A stretch of DNA of 64,000 nucleotides from Raillietiella orientalis (Eukaryota): positions 930,001 through 994,000 of the forward strand of contig JAYWIR010000029.1 of assembly GCA_036172245.1 (NCBI GenBank), given 5' to 3'. Both the position numbers and the translations under genes were made by a program. Below are positions 13,900 to 26,499 of this stretch, piece by piece. Numbering within the stretch: the stretch's first letter is position 1; each line of letters starts with the position of its first letter. The notes beneath the pieces were generated by a model. That model saw only the letters and a program-made list of their open reading frames with translations, made no database searches and was not told the DNA's origin.

Positions 13900-14460
13900 C
13901 TAGTCCCGCCATCTCATCACCTGCCTCCTTCCAGTGGGGGAAATTTCCCGGCAGCCGGACGCTCATCCTCGTGTCCGGGAGCTTCCCGTCGGCTCGAGCT
14001 CCCTCTTCCCCTCCTCCTCCTCGTCCCTCTCTTCATTTCAGGGATTTGAAGAGAGCGCGTCACTTCTCTCCTCCCTCTTCCGTTTCGCGATGGCGATTTC
14101 TGGGAGTCCCGTGATTTCATGGTTGACTTAGAAGAGAAGAGGGCGGACGCCCTCCCTCTGTCGAGGCGCCAACAGACTCCTCCCCTCTCTTCCGAGTCTC
14201 TAGGGGTTCTCGCTGCGCGACCGGGACTGCCGGGGTATGGGGTGGAACCGATCCAGACTATGGAGGGGAGGAGAGCCGTCTACTCTTTCCCCACAAGTCC
14301 GGCTGCGCCCTTTGGAGGAACCTCGCTCGGCTCCCTCGAGACTCTCGGCGACAGACTTCTCCTCTCCAGGATCCCTGGATCGTCAGGAACGTCCCGGAAC
14401 TGCTCTGGGACTCTCAGGACAAGCCTCACGCCTTTCCTTAAGAGGGATGTGGGGAGAAGT
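13900..14460 (+). mobile_element. Degenerate CR1/L2-like LINE 3' end (right member of an inverted pair)
   Basis: Eroded motifs DLKRARHF..FRFA (compare LERVQRxFxRFA), LPLSRR, SRIP..RNVPE and TSLTPFLKR (compare WNxLP...SLxxFKxxL). Inverted homology to 12512-12865. Confidence 0.45.
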
Positions 14461-14879
14461 GAGGGGGATGGGGGGTAAGTAAGGGGAACAAAACAATCCC
14501 TGGACGCGGGAAGAAGTTCTCAAGGCATCAGGGGAAGGACCTGCTGTCTGGGCAGGGAAAAGAGGAGAGGAGAAGGGCGAGAAGAATGCAGCTCTGCAGT
14601 TCCGGGAAGGAGTGGGATGCCTTCTCCTCCCGACTGCACTCCGACTTCCCCTAGGAGGGACTCCCGGAACCACCGGGCAGCCTCAGTGGCTGCGTTTTGG
14701 CTCGCGCATAAACAGCAAGGAAGAAAGGCGGGGGGAACTAGGAGTGTCCAGAAAGATGAACGGCTGAAGGAACGGAAAAGGGAGGGCAAAAGGGACAGCG
14801 TGTGTATGGGTGGACGGCGAACTCTCAACACAGCGTTCCACCCTGAAAATTTCGGAAATTATTCGCCGTCTCTTCCAGT

Positions 14880-15420
14880 GCTATGGAAAGAGGAAGCTGC
14901 AGGTCCTCTTTCCTTTTTTTTTTCTCTGAGTTTTTTCCAGAAAGCATCCCAGCAAATCTCTCCAGCACAGCTTCTCCCAGAAGCACGAAGCTCTCGAGTT
15001 GAATCCCGCCCGAAGGCGACAGACATCCTCTGTCCCATCTCATCTCCAATGGTCCAGTCCAGGCGAGTGCTAACCTCATCTGGGGCCAAGCCACCTTCTT
15101 CAGGAGTCTCGAGTTTTTCCTTCTGGCTGCCCAGGGGAGTCGCTACCGACTGTCCCTAAGAACCGCAGCTGATCACACTCTCAGTAGTGAAGCCGACAGA
15201 AGGGAAGGTGTGAATCTCCTTCCCTCTCCCCAGAGTGGTTTAGGAGGCTGGCAACGGTCCGACCCACGCGATGGAACTGCTCCTCTGCCCGTCATCTTTG
15301 CAATCTCCTTCGCCTGGTGGAACAAGTAGAGCAGACCGAACGGATAGTAGAATCCTGTAGTTCGCTGGCTGCTTTCCCACGTTTTTCTGGCTTCTTCTTT
15401 CTTTTCCAAATCTCCAGGTA
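14880..15420 (-). mobile_element. Highly degenerate LINE reverse-transcriptase remnant
   Basis: Minus-strand KQPANYRILLS (compare PxNYRPISLL), EQF..R.GR, and LDWTIGDEMGQRMSVAFGRDSTRELRASG (compare LxWIxxxLxxRxQxV....S....GVPQG). Confidence 0.4.
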
Positions 15421-18400
15421 CTCGAGAACCGCTGCTTTACCGCCCCTTATGGACGTTTGAGAGGCTCGGCAGCGCTGCTGCCACGTGGGGGTCCATATGG
15501 CTCTCCCACCGTCTAAGGTGCTCGTGAAGCAATGAGGGTTCCCATCACTCGCAATTCTCGGATTCTAGTCGAGATGGCATCCGGCCGCTTTCGCAAGCCC
15601 TTCCTACCGGTGCACACTCGAAGCTTCAGCGTCGTCATGCGGGACATTCACTTCGGCATCGATCCTTCACGGTCGTTGCGGACCCGCAATGTTAGATGAA
15701 GGGCGGCCACGCTGCCGCTGATGCTGGCAGCCATCGTTAGACGGTCATCTGTTCCGCCCTTCATTCTTTGGAGACCTCTTTACCACCCTCCTGGTCAGTG
15801 AGGATCGCGGCGCAGACAGGTACTCCTTCCTTCCTCTTCCCTACCATTCCTCCTTCCAGGACTCAAGGACGGAAGCTTCCTTGTTTTTCTATCAGGCGTG
15901 TTCCCACCTCTCGCGTGGTTCGCTGTAACTTCAAACAACCAGCTCGGTTCTCTCCCTTTCATCCTTCCAAACAGGACGGAGAGTTCTTTCCACTGGTCCT
16001 GTGAACAGTATGGACCCACCTAGGGGAGATTTTCCAATCTCCATTCCTAGGAGGTGAAAGACAAGTCCTGCGGAAGAGACTGACCTGCGCACCTTCAACT
16101 GGGGTCTCCTCCCCACAGTTCGGGACCTCTGGTGCTCCCTTCATGACGGTTTCTCCAGCATAGGGAAGAAAGCTCATGGTACGGATTCCTCCGAATGCTG
16201 AGGCAAGATGGATTCCCAGCCTCCTGCCTCGCCTTTGGGCTGCTTTTTCTCGGGAGTGGCCGCGGCGGTCTTTGCTCCGAAGTCTTTCCCTCTTGGAAGG
16301 GGGCGCAAGCGTTTTCCTTCCTTCTTGTCCTCCCCTCTTGCCTTAGTCTCCTTCCGCAGCACCCTCTCGCCATTTTCGGAAGTTTTCTCAATCTTCTTCA
16401 GGGCGGTACAACAAGACACCAGCAGCCTAAGGGGAGCGGAATAGGAAGGGAGAGAGCGCCCTCTGGCTGAGGCCGCACCTTTCGTTTCGTACAACCCGCT
16501 CTTCCGCCTTCCTCCTCGACGGTACGCTGCGGCAGCTCTCCGGGCTTCCTTCGCCGGTCCTGCAGCGCCTCCACGGTAACCCTCGGGAAGAGTTTTTCGA
16601 GGAAAAGTCAAAGATGAGTTCCCCAGGATTCTATCCCCTCTGAATCTGCACCCGAAATCCCCAGGAAAGACTCATCTTCGAGAAAGCGGTGTGCAGCTGG
16701 ACCCACGTGGTGCTAAGGTCGCTCAAGATGCGGCAAGGGGAGAAATCGAATCTCGGCTCCCGAACAGGCACACTCGATCGGTTCGGTTCGAGGTGACCTT
16801 GAGGAAGGAGAGTGATTTATTCGATCTCCGCCGAAAGACAAACGGTCTCTTGTAAAAAAAAAAAAAAAAAAAACTTTTCCTGGCCAGAAGGACTGCTGCA
16901 TGAGCTGGTAATTTCTGAAAGAACATCCCTAGGACGCGCTTCCGGCGCGGTCTGACCGGGCATTTCGCCTCTTCTGCCTAGACTTGGATCGTCAGCTGCA
17001 GCTTTGGAAGGCGCCGAACACACGGGACCGGAAGGCGATTTGTTCTAACGAACTGGTGCGGCCGTCTTAGTGAGATGACGAATGTGCCTCCGCCTGCCGC
17101 GGTGGTCCAAGGTGCACCTCGAGGAAACGTGCACCGCAGATTCAAGACCGCACCAAGCGAAAGCAAGGGGAGAAGAATTCTTCTTCTTTCACGTTTGCTC
17201 TTCATTTTTCTCGGTTCCTTTTTTTTTTTTTTCTTTTCAGTGGAGCCAATCAGACACGGTGGACGGTCACCTGCAAGTTCGTCTTGGAAACGTGGACCGG
17301 GGAGGAGATTTTGCGCCCGAGAAGTTCGTGAGATATCTGGCTCGCTGTCCAGCGTATCTGAGAGAGATCGAGAGAGATGAAGGCACTCATTCGAGAGAAA
17401 TCCTGTCCTTGCCTCCGCAGCCCGTGGCGCACCCGAGAACTGAATCCGTCTTTGTTTCTTTGGTGGCAAGAGTGCAGTTGCGTTTCTTCCGACTCGGGAG
17501 AAAAAAAGATTAGAAAACCCTCAGGAAACGATCAAAAGGCGCTGAAGAAGCGAGCGAGCAGAATCCAGCCAAAGCTAAGACACGTCATCTGCGGAAGAAG
17601 AGCAAGAACGTAACGCCCAGGAACAGGGTGATTTGGCTAATGATGGAGCGGAAATGCTCAGGGTCACTCTAAGAACGCATTTGTCATCTCCTGCGTTTTA
17701 GGTGCCTTCAGCGAACGCATCCTTCTTAGCACTGCTGTTTCTCAACGGTAATTCAGGAGGAAGCATCTTCCCTCAATCCAGAGTTGATCATCCAAGGGTC
17801 GTATTAAGCAGGGCACGCACTTGTCGTGAGCGCTGCCCTGCCTCGGTGCGTCGAGACCACCTGAGCCAGCCACATCTGTTCGCTGGCCACCGGAGGCAAG
17901 ACAGATGACTAGGAGCCGCTCACCGGTGACTGCTCACCGGCAGATTTCTTCCGCGGGCCGAGTCTGCCGCCGTTCTATCATCTCCCCCGAACCGCAGTGC
18001 TCCGAACGAGATCCGAGATTCAGGAGGAACCTGTGCCAAGATTCTCCAGTCGTTTGCCTCTCCCCCTCCCTCAAGAACGTTTCTTTCTCGTCGCGGCGAG
18101 CTGGACGGCAGCTGAAGTTGCGGCGGGTGAGCAGCCAACAAACGGAGAACTTGCCTTCCCACAGTCCACGAAGCACCTCGAGAAGAATCACAAAGATGAC
18201 CGCGCTGTTCAAGGTCCTTGGTTCTCCGATGCTCTTCATCAAAACCGTTCCTGGACTTTGATTCTCCACTTCTCACTCAAAGACAGAATCCAGCAAGTCT
18301 TGTGGAAGGAGGCTTCCTGGCTTCAGTTTTGGATGTGCTCTCGCTGGAAATTGCGCGTTCGAGCTCTGCGTAAGTGTACATTAGTCTCCAGAGGATGCTG

Positions 18401-18586
18401 TCATCTTTAGATATCATAGGCTTTCTGAATAACCAAACCATCCTCTAGTCTCCCAAGAAGCTAGTAGTGCAACCATCTTGATGTAGGCAAGATGGGGATT
18501 CTAGGAGGACTTACCTATGCCAAGGGGTCCCTTGAAATTTCGCGCTCACTTCTGCACAGATTGCACGTGATGACGGACGGCGCAGG

Positions 18587-18909
18587 CCACTTCAAACTCG
18601 TGCACCTGGTCACAGCTTTCGTGCCTACTGAAGCAGCGGAGGGCTTGGCTAGTTATCCGGAAAGCAACGGGCGCATCGCTGTCTGCTCCTTTCAGCTGGT
18701 GATGGTCGTGTGCTTGTCGTAGTTGGCCAGTCGGGAGCTTCTGCTGCGTTGCGCTCGAAGACGTCGTTCATAAAACTGTTCACCGCCGACACGGCCTTGC
18801 TGGAGATAACTGCACCCGGATGCACCTGCTTCGAGACCTTATAGATGTAGACGACATAACTCTCGTTGCTCTTAGGCTTCTTCTTCGACAGCTTCTTCTT
18901 GTCCCTCAT
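18587..18909 (-). pseudogene. His2B: Histone H2B pseudogene (isolated orphon)
   Basis: [43 protein letters not shown], then a frameshift to (R)[43 protein letters not shown]. Two in-frame stops and a truncated N-terminus. Confidence 0.9.
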
Positions 18910-20159
18910 CAATCGGAAAGAAGAGTTTGAAGCTACTCCTTGCACGTTCCTTGAGATCGGATGCATTGGAAAAGAGTTGACACATCTCCATGTCCACAGA
19001 GGTTACAAAGACCGGAAATCGGAATTCTTCCAGACCGGAAATAGCCTCTTACCAGCCATCCAGCATATGAAAGCTGCAGTGGACTGACTTCCTCGGTTCC
19101 GCGTCTGTTACTGCGTCCCTGGCTTCTCGTTTCGTCCTGTTGCGCCTCTGCAAAGTGATCAAAAGATGTTTGCACGAAACGCCCTCCTGTTGAGAGAGAG
19201 AAAAAAACGGATGGTTGCAAGGATGAGAAAACTGCTTATTGGATCTCGGAAAATTCTTCGTAGGTTCGAAATGAGCTCTACCGCAAGTTTCCCTGGATGA
19301 GCAGGGCAACTAAGCTATGGTTCCGACTGAGTTTTTGGAAACCTCGCGAGACCCAGACAGGGGATGCGATGCTGACCTCCGCCTGTTACCTCGTCCACCC
19401 TTCCCCTTCACTAGACTGCGATTCCTCACCACTCATCCTTAAATCCACTGCCGCCACTACCTTCTTCACCCTTTCTTCCCCGTCTTCCCTCGCGGTGCAC
19501 ACTCGACGTGATCAGATCTCACCCTCCAGCATCATTGCGCATCTCATGGAAAGACTAGAGCGAAACGCAAAGCGTCTATGTACTTTCAGCACTGAAGCCC
19601 TCGAGGTGCCGTAGGTTTACGGAGGACAACCTGAGAAGTGTGCTTTCCGAGATCATCAGTCCGAGAACTTCTCTTTTTTTCGAGTTCTTCAGCGAAAGAA
19701 CTCGAAAAAATTATCTCAGTTCTTCGGTATTGATGTCAGAGACTGTTCTGCAAGCGTGTCAAATTTCCTCCTGCCGTTCGATCGGCTGCGTTCCAGCTTC
19801 CCTTTCCTTGTGAACGAACCCTCCCTCGGCAGCAGACCTTTCCCGAGGATTGAGAAGGAAAGTGGTAGAAAGCATTGATCTCTGAGGAAGAAGAAATCGC
19901 TCCTTTCTCGGATGGAGGCGATCATCTCTTGCAGCATCGGGCAGGGAAATTTCCGCAAGGGAACTCGGAGATCACAGGAATGGGGCTGCTCCCGGGAACA
20001 GGGATCGCCGAGGAACGGAAAGAAACAGAAATGATTCAATATTCCGACGAGACCGCACCGCGCCTGCTGAGAAGAGTTCGAAGACTTCCAGGATCTTCCC
20101 AGGAATCGGTAACAAGCAGGATTCAGGACAGATGGATGAGATCGTTTCCCTCTGCAGGT

Positions 20160-20820
20160 CCGTGCGTGGAGCCTAGCGTTGTGGGTTCGAATCCTGTTCG
20201 GAGGAAAGGTCGACTCCAGACAAATGGGTGCATCGTGGATTTCGAGTTTCCCCTGCAAGATGACCCTGGCTAGCTTACATTCAGGAGCGGCACTAGTAGC
20301 TGAAAATCCGTATGCCACCGATGAATGGCTGGGATTGGGAGTCGATCCTCCAGGGTCCTTCCAATAGTCACAATCAAGAAGTCGGTTCCCCTCCGTTCGT
20401 GAAAATGGAGCCTTCCCCTTCCCTTCCCTTCAAGGGGGGATCCTTTCCATCTCGTCCCATGAAGATGGTGGATGGATACCTCTCCAGAGTGTGAAGAGGC
20501 GCGCTGCTCCCTTCAGGGAGCGATCCTTCAGGGAAATTAGGGAGCTTCCCTCAGGGATTCTCTTCAGAAGAGGAGGAAACAAGGAACGGTTCCCTTGCGG
20601 GTTTCCTCCAGAAAAGAAAAAATGGAATGTGAGGTCCCTCTGGAGAGAATATGGAAGAGGTTCCCTTCAAGGATCCCTCCCCAGGAGTGAGAGGAACGGA
20701 CTCCCTTCTACGGAGCCATTTCTGAATTCATAGGGTGGCTTTCTCTAGGGTTCCCTTTATCTTGAAGAATTACACGCACCCTCGGGTGGCGTGGACAGTT
20801 TCAAAGAGCTTCGTGAGTCC
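20160..20820 (+). mobile_element. tRNA-headed SINE (copy C)
   Basis: Pol III B-box GGTTCGAATCC at 20184-20194. Shares body motifs GCGGCACTAGTAGC and GTGAGAGGAACGGACTCC, and the tail TATCTTGAAGAATTACACGCACCCTC, with other copies. Confidence 0.65.
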
Positions 20821-21967
20821 CCCTAAGAGGATGAACGGTTCCTCCAGCACTTAGCGGACCAAAAAAAAAAAAAGTTGGAAGGAGGTCGGTTGGAGTCTGA
20901 CCCGCGCAAGGTGGCACGGTTGGTGAGACTTCCCACCCTCTCTCTTCCATCGCTCTCTACCCCTTTCTTTCTTTCTTTTATTTTTTCAACCCCTCCGGCT
21001 CTTCTGGTGGGCCTCGAGTCAACTTTCCTTCCGCTGCTTCTCCGCCGCATTTCCCACCCTCCTTCCCGGTGCCCAGGCCGTGCTTCGGAATCCACGAGCC
21101 GCTTCCTCCCTTCGCTCCCGCTGGCGCCTCCACACGAAGCCACTCGCGCCCCTGCGAGGAGAGGAGGAACGAGGATCCCAACCCCAACGGGGATCGCCTC
21201 CTCCCGCCATTTTGATGCGCGCGAGGTTTCTTTCTCCTCCATTCGTCTTCCCACCCCGCCAGCTTCCCGTGGCAGGTGATTCTCATCCAGTTAATGGATT
21301 GGGTAGTCCGCGGGGACGCGACGCATCCAGAGTTCCGGGAGCTGCGGGTGGAATTCCGCCGCCGGAGTGCACGTGAGGGCGCGCCGAGCTACCAATCCGA
21401 CGAACCTGGTCCTGAACCGGGATTCCAGAATTCAGAGGAGGGCGCGGAGGGGGAAGAGAAGAGGCGGAGCGGCGCCAACCCATCCGGGACTCCATCTGCC
21501 CATCGGCTTTCAGTGCACTTCTGCATCTTGACCCATCACTGCACCTCCGCCACCCTTCCTTATCAACCCGCTCCTTTTCACTCTCCAGCATTCCCTTTGT
21601 CATCCGGCCGCTCGGCGGACGGCTGGCTGGGAGCCGAAGACGCTCTCCCCCGGCTCTTCCAGCTGCCCTTCCCTTCCTCCTCCAGCGTGACGAAGAGGAC
21701 GGTAGTGCCACGCCCAGCCCCTCGGAGGATGGTGGACCCCAGCGTTGGATGGTTGCCCCCGATCGCTCTCATCCCGTATCCCGCTTCAGAGTTCAGGTCA
21801 GCCATCTTGGAGACTTCCCGAACGAGCTGCAAGCTGCCGCCGGCCTTCGATCCTCCCCCCCCCCCCTCCCCTCAGGAAACCGCCGAGGAAGGGGAAGTAG
21901 GCGTTCTTTGGGCTCCTTCCATCTGTTCCTAGCGTTCGCCTCCCTGACTGACGAGGATCCCGTTCAG

Positions 21968-22655
21968 GAGTCCGCGTCGGAGTCCGTGTGGCTCCACCAT
22001 GCGTCGCAGGTTCGAATACTCCGAAATAAATCGACCAAGTGCGTCGAGGGTTCCAAGTTCCTCTCTCAAGATGGCGCTGGTTGGCCTCCATTCCTTCGGC
22101 TGCGGCACTAGTAGCGGTCCAAAGCGGATGCCCCCAAGGGCGAGTAGCTGAGACAAGGGGAGTCGACCTTCGGGTCCTTCCAGGAATCAAGGAGTGGGGA
22201 ATTCTCCCTCTGGTTGTGCAAAGGAGCGAACCTTCTATTCCGGGAGACCCTCCGCGTCGTACTGATGGAACAGGTGTGTTGCCACTTCTCCAGAGAGTGC
22301 GGAGAAGCGACCCGATCCCTTTGGGGAAGAAGCGCCCTTCTGAATTTCGAAAGTGTCCCTTCGGGGTTCTCTTCAGAGCAGTAAACAGGAGAGGTTTCCC
22401 TACAGGTTCCTTCCGGAAAATAAATTCCTAGCGGATCCTTTCCGGGTTCCCTCTGGAGAAAAAAACATGGAGAAGACCTTCCCGGGGTCCCTCCGGAGAG
22501 AACAAGGAAGGGGTAATTTCCTTCGGGGTTCCCCTTCGGAGACAACCAGGGTGGAGTGGTTTCCTCCGGGGATTCCTTTCCAGGCGTGAGAGGAACGGAC
22601 TCCGAACCCCTTTCTGGATTCATAGGGAAGACCCCTTTCGGGGTACCCTCTGTAT
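21968..22655 (+). mobile_element. tRNA-headed SINE (copy A)
   Basis: Head GAGTCCGCGTCGGAG and B-box GGTTCGAATAC at about 22009. Body is colinear with the copies at 20160, 31439 and (inverted) 22995. Confidence 0.7.
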
Positions 22656-22994
22656 GCATCCCTGAACCTGCCCCCTCGGTGAGGCGATGGATCCGGCCTG
22701 AGCATCCCCTCAGGCCGATCGTCTCCGTGCGTGACCAGTCCTCGTAAGGAGGAGCCGCTTCCCAGAGGCAAGACCCTCTGAGGATTGGCGGAGGGAATTC
22801 CTCCGGTTATTCCGAGAGCACAGAAGGAGGAACAAGAATGGCGGCGGAAGAGTCGGTCGCCCCAAGGTTCAATGACACAGTATCCTGTGCAAGATAACTC
22901 GATCCTGAAAGCTCTACAATTCCGACGAGAGTTCCTCACAAGGATTGCAGGACCCCTCAAGTTAGGGGATATCTCTAGAGAGAACCTCACACTC

Positions 22995-23600
22995 CCGAAC
23001 CACCCTGTGAATCCAGGAAGGGTTCCGGAGGAGTGAGTCCGTTCCTCTCTCTCTTGGAAGGGGACCCCGAAGGGAACCCCCCAACCCGGTTGTCTCCCAA
23101 GAGAGATCCCTTCCCCTTATTTTCTTAAGAGAACTCCCCGGTTTGTAAAGACCTTTTCAGGAGGAGCCCCCCCAAAAGAATTCGTTTCTGGTTTACCCTT
23201 CTGAAAGAGACCCCTAAGGGGAGCAGCACGCCTCTTAAAGACGCCCCGAGGGGGGTCAGTTCCATGGTACGCGATGGAGGGTCTCCTCCCCCCTCGAAGA
23301 AGGGAAGGGAGGGACGGCTCCATCTATACAACCGAAGGGGACCCCCGAAGGGCTGCTTCAGTTCTGGAAGGATCTCAGAGGGTCCGTTTCCAATCCCTGC
23401 CGGTAACAGAGGCGTCCACCAGCGCCACACTCGAATAGGCCAACCAGCGTCATCTTGCGGGGGGCACTCAAAACCCACGACGCTCCCCCTGTTCTCGGCG
23501 CCCGTCCCTTCTCCTCAAGTGGAATTCGAACCCGCAACTCAGGCCACCACCCGCCCTGAGGGGCCGACCACACAGAACGTACTGGACGCCGCCGGGCTTC
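22995..23600 (-). mobile_element. tRNA-headed SINE (copy D, inverted)
   Basis: Reverse complement has GGGTTCGAATTCC (23521-23533), CAAGATGACGCTGGTTGGCCT, GAGAGGAACGGACTC and GGATTCACAGGG. Confidence 0.65.
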
Positions 23601-26499
23601 CGTGGGACGATCCTGCTTCTCCCTCTGCCACGCAAACGTTCCGTGCTCGCCGTTGCGTGGCCGACCTGACCCGCGGGTCAGCCACAGCCAGAAAACCCGG
23701 CGCCGAGGCTCTCCACCGCCCGCTTTTCCTCTGCCCCTGCCGGCGCCCTCACTACCGCGCTCCCGGAGGGAGGAAAAGCTGTTGCACCTCCTCTCCGTTC
23801 TTCCGTGCGCGCACTGGCTGCCTGAGACACGGAAGCGGTTCTGAGCGCAGCTCGGGACCAAGGGCCGAAGCGTCCCGTGGGCACGACAGGTCACCCCCCA
23901 TATGCCCTCCGCCCGGGTTTTTTCCCTTCGAGGAACCCCCTGAGTTGCCTCATGCCCAGCGCTTCGCCTCGCATCTCCCGGAGGGATGATCTTCCGGACG
24001 CTCAGCTGGAACTCCGCAGGGTTCCTGCCGGCCGAGTGAGATCGCGCCGGCCTGCTCTCCCGTTCGCCTCTCGTCCGCGAAGGACCCGCTGGGAAAAAAA
24101 CGCATGCGGGGCACCCACTGAGGGCGTCCCGGAAAAAGAGGTGATCAGCACCAGACGCGCCCGGAAGCAATTGTTCCCTCTACGCTCCCGGTCTCTTCCT
24201 AGCGAGCCACTACTTCGCCGCCGTTATTCCACCTCTCGACCACGCGCTCCTGAGGGCAGGTCGCCTGGCAACCACGCTCTGCCCGACAGGACGGCAGATG
24301 ACAGCTCCTTCCTCTCTGCTCCTTCACCGAATGGAAGAAGGGAGGAGAGAGGGGAGGACAGGAGCATCTTGCGCAATCGTTTCCCCGTTCCGGGAGCAGC
24401 GGGAGCACTGAGCGGTCACCTTGGCAACCTCCTCTTTTACCCTCCTCTCGGACCGGCATCCCAGGAGGAAACGGCGGCCTTCTCCCTGGACGGGTTTTCC
24501 GGCATCCTCCCTGGTCTGGGTTTCCACAAATTGGCTGAAACGTAATTCCCGTGATCCCATCGAAATTTTCCGGAGTTCGAACCGCTGAAAGTGAAGGCGA
24601 AGCTTGTGTCTCGTCTCCCCGAAGTGGCAGGGACGCTTTAAAATTCAAAAGGAAAGTTCCTCTGTCGTTTCTATTTTCGAAGTGGTCAAACTTGCTGGCT
24701 TTCCGCGCCAGCAGCATCCGACATCTTCCCCTTAGACACCTCCTCCGGGATTGTCGCTGCCCGGTATGGTTCGTCTGCTACCCGGAAGAGGCCTCTCGCA
24801 GAGACCACCACTCCGGCGTGGATCCATCCCAGCTGCTGGACCTTGGAGCGCTCCTCCTCATCACTCTCCGAGTTCTAAAGCGGGAACAGGGTCTCAGGAC
24901 TCTCGGAGGATGCCTGTCCGGAGTGGACCGCCTCGCGCCGCAACTCGAGAGGCCGAAGAAATGCCGGGAAAAGGGAGCGGAGAGGAGGGAGGAGCAGCAG
25001 GGAAGTCGGCTCGTCTTCCACCCACCCTCTCCCTCCTTCTCCCAGGGACGAAGGAGACCCACAGCTCTCCTTGCTGCGAGGGCGGCGGTGCAGCCCAGAG
25101 AGAGGAGAGGAGGGCTTTCCTACCAGGGTTTTCCCCACCTCCCGTTTGCCGCTGCCCAGGAAAGACGGGAGGATCCCGTGCATGTAGCTCGCCGGGAGTT
25201 TCCAGGCGGCGAATGCAGGGAGGAGCCCAGACGAAAAGGATGAGGGAGGGGGAGGGAGGCGAGATCTTTCAGGAAGAGAGGGAATGCTGCACTTCCAGGT
25301 GTCGGGTTCTCCGCTAGGAGGGCTCCTCCCGCCCGGGGAGAGCTCGCCCAGAGATGGAAGAGGGCGTCCCCGCCATGTCTCCTGGAGGATGCCGTCCTTC
25401 TCGCTATTGCGCGTGCCCGGGGCGCCAAACCATTCGGGAGCTCCGACGCTCCCAATCCTCACAGAGTAGGTTTGCAAAGGGTCCGGCGAGAGGGAAGGTG
25501 CGAGGGGGGCGAGCGTCCTCCTGGACTGTTCGGGAGGGGGAAGAACCGGTTCGTTCCCAGGCCATTCTCGGCCGTTTCCTCGAAAGTCCGGACGACCAGC
25601 TCTGAGTCAGCGGGCGGACTTCCCTCCCTCCCGTGGGGGGCTCCACGCATCCTCCTTCGCTTCCTCGAGATGCGAGGGGAAGAGCGCACCCAGAAGACAG
25701 CGGGCACTCGCGCCCGCGCGGAGGGGGCGACCCGGAACGAGAGAGGAGCGGAGGACTCGGGAAGCGTTCCAACGGCTCCCCGCTCCTCCTCCTCCACAAT
25801 CGGGAAGGAAAGAAAGAGGAGACCGAAACAGTGCTTGAGTTCCCGGCCGGGGAGGGAGGCGTCCCGCCGGGAGCGGACGAGACCTCATTCCCTCCCCTCC
25901 CTCTCGTCTCTTTCTTTCTCCAGAGGTCTCGGAATTGTTGCTCGGGGAACCGCACGGTTTTGGGAGAGAGGGGGGAGGGGGAAGAGTGGGGGTGATCTCG
26001 AGTCCCCGGCGGTGAGGCGTGGCTCATCTGCAGACCCTGAGTCCTTCCCCTGCTCTCTCCTCTTCATCCCGCATGCTCTGTACTCGACTCCCAGCTGCGG
26101 TCCCCGCTTTCGATTCGTCCGTCACCTTCCTCTTTTCTCCCCTCCCCCCCCCCCCGCATCCCACTCGCGCGCATCCGGGTCAGGGGTCCCGGGATGGAGC
26201 ACGCGCCTTCTTCCTGGGCGTGCGTCACCCAACCCCTCCTCCCCCCATCCACCTCCTCCGCAGCGCAGGCTCGAGCGAGCGCTCCCGGCGCGGGTTCCCG
26301 CCCCGCCCCGCCCCGCCCCTCTCGGTGACGAAGGGCGGAGCGTTCCCGAGCGGGAAGCCAACGGGAGCGAGGGTGCGCGCGTCTCCGTCGCTCCCGGTCC
26401 TCCTGGGCGCTGCTGAGCGGCGGGGACGCTGGAGCTCCCACGGAGCGGGTGGCAGTCGCCGCTGGCGTACGGGAGAGCCGGGCCGCGCGTCCCACAGAG

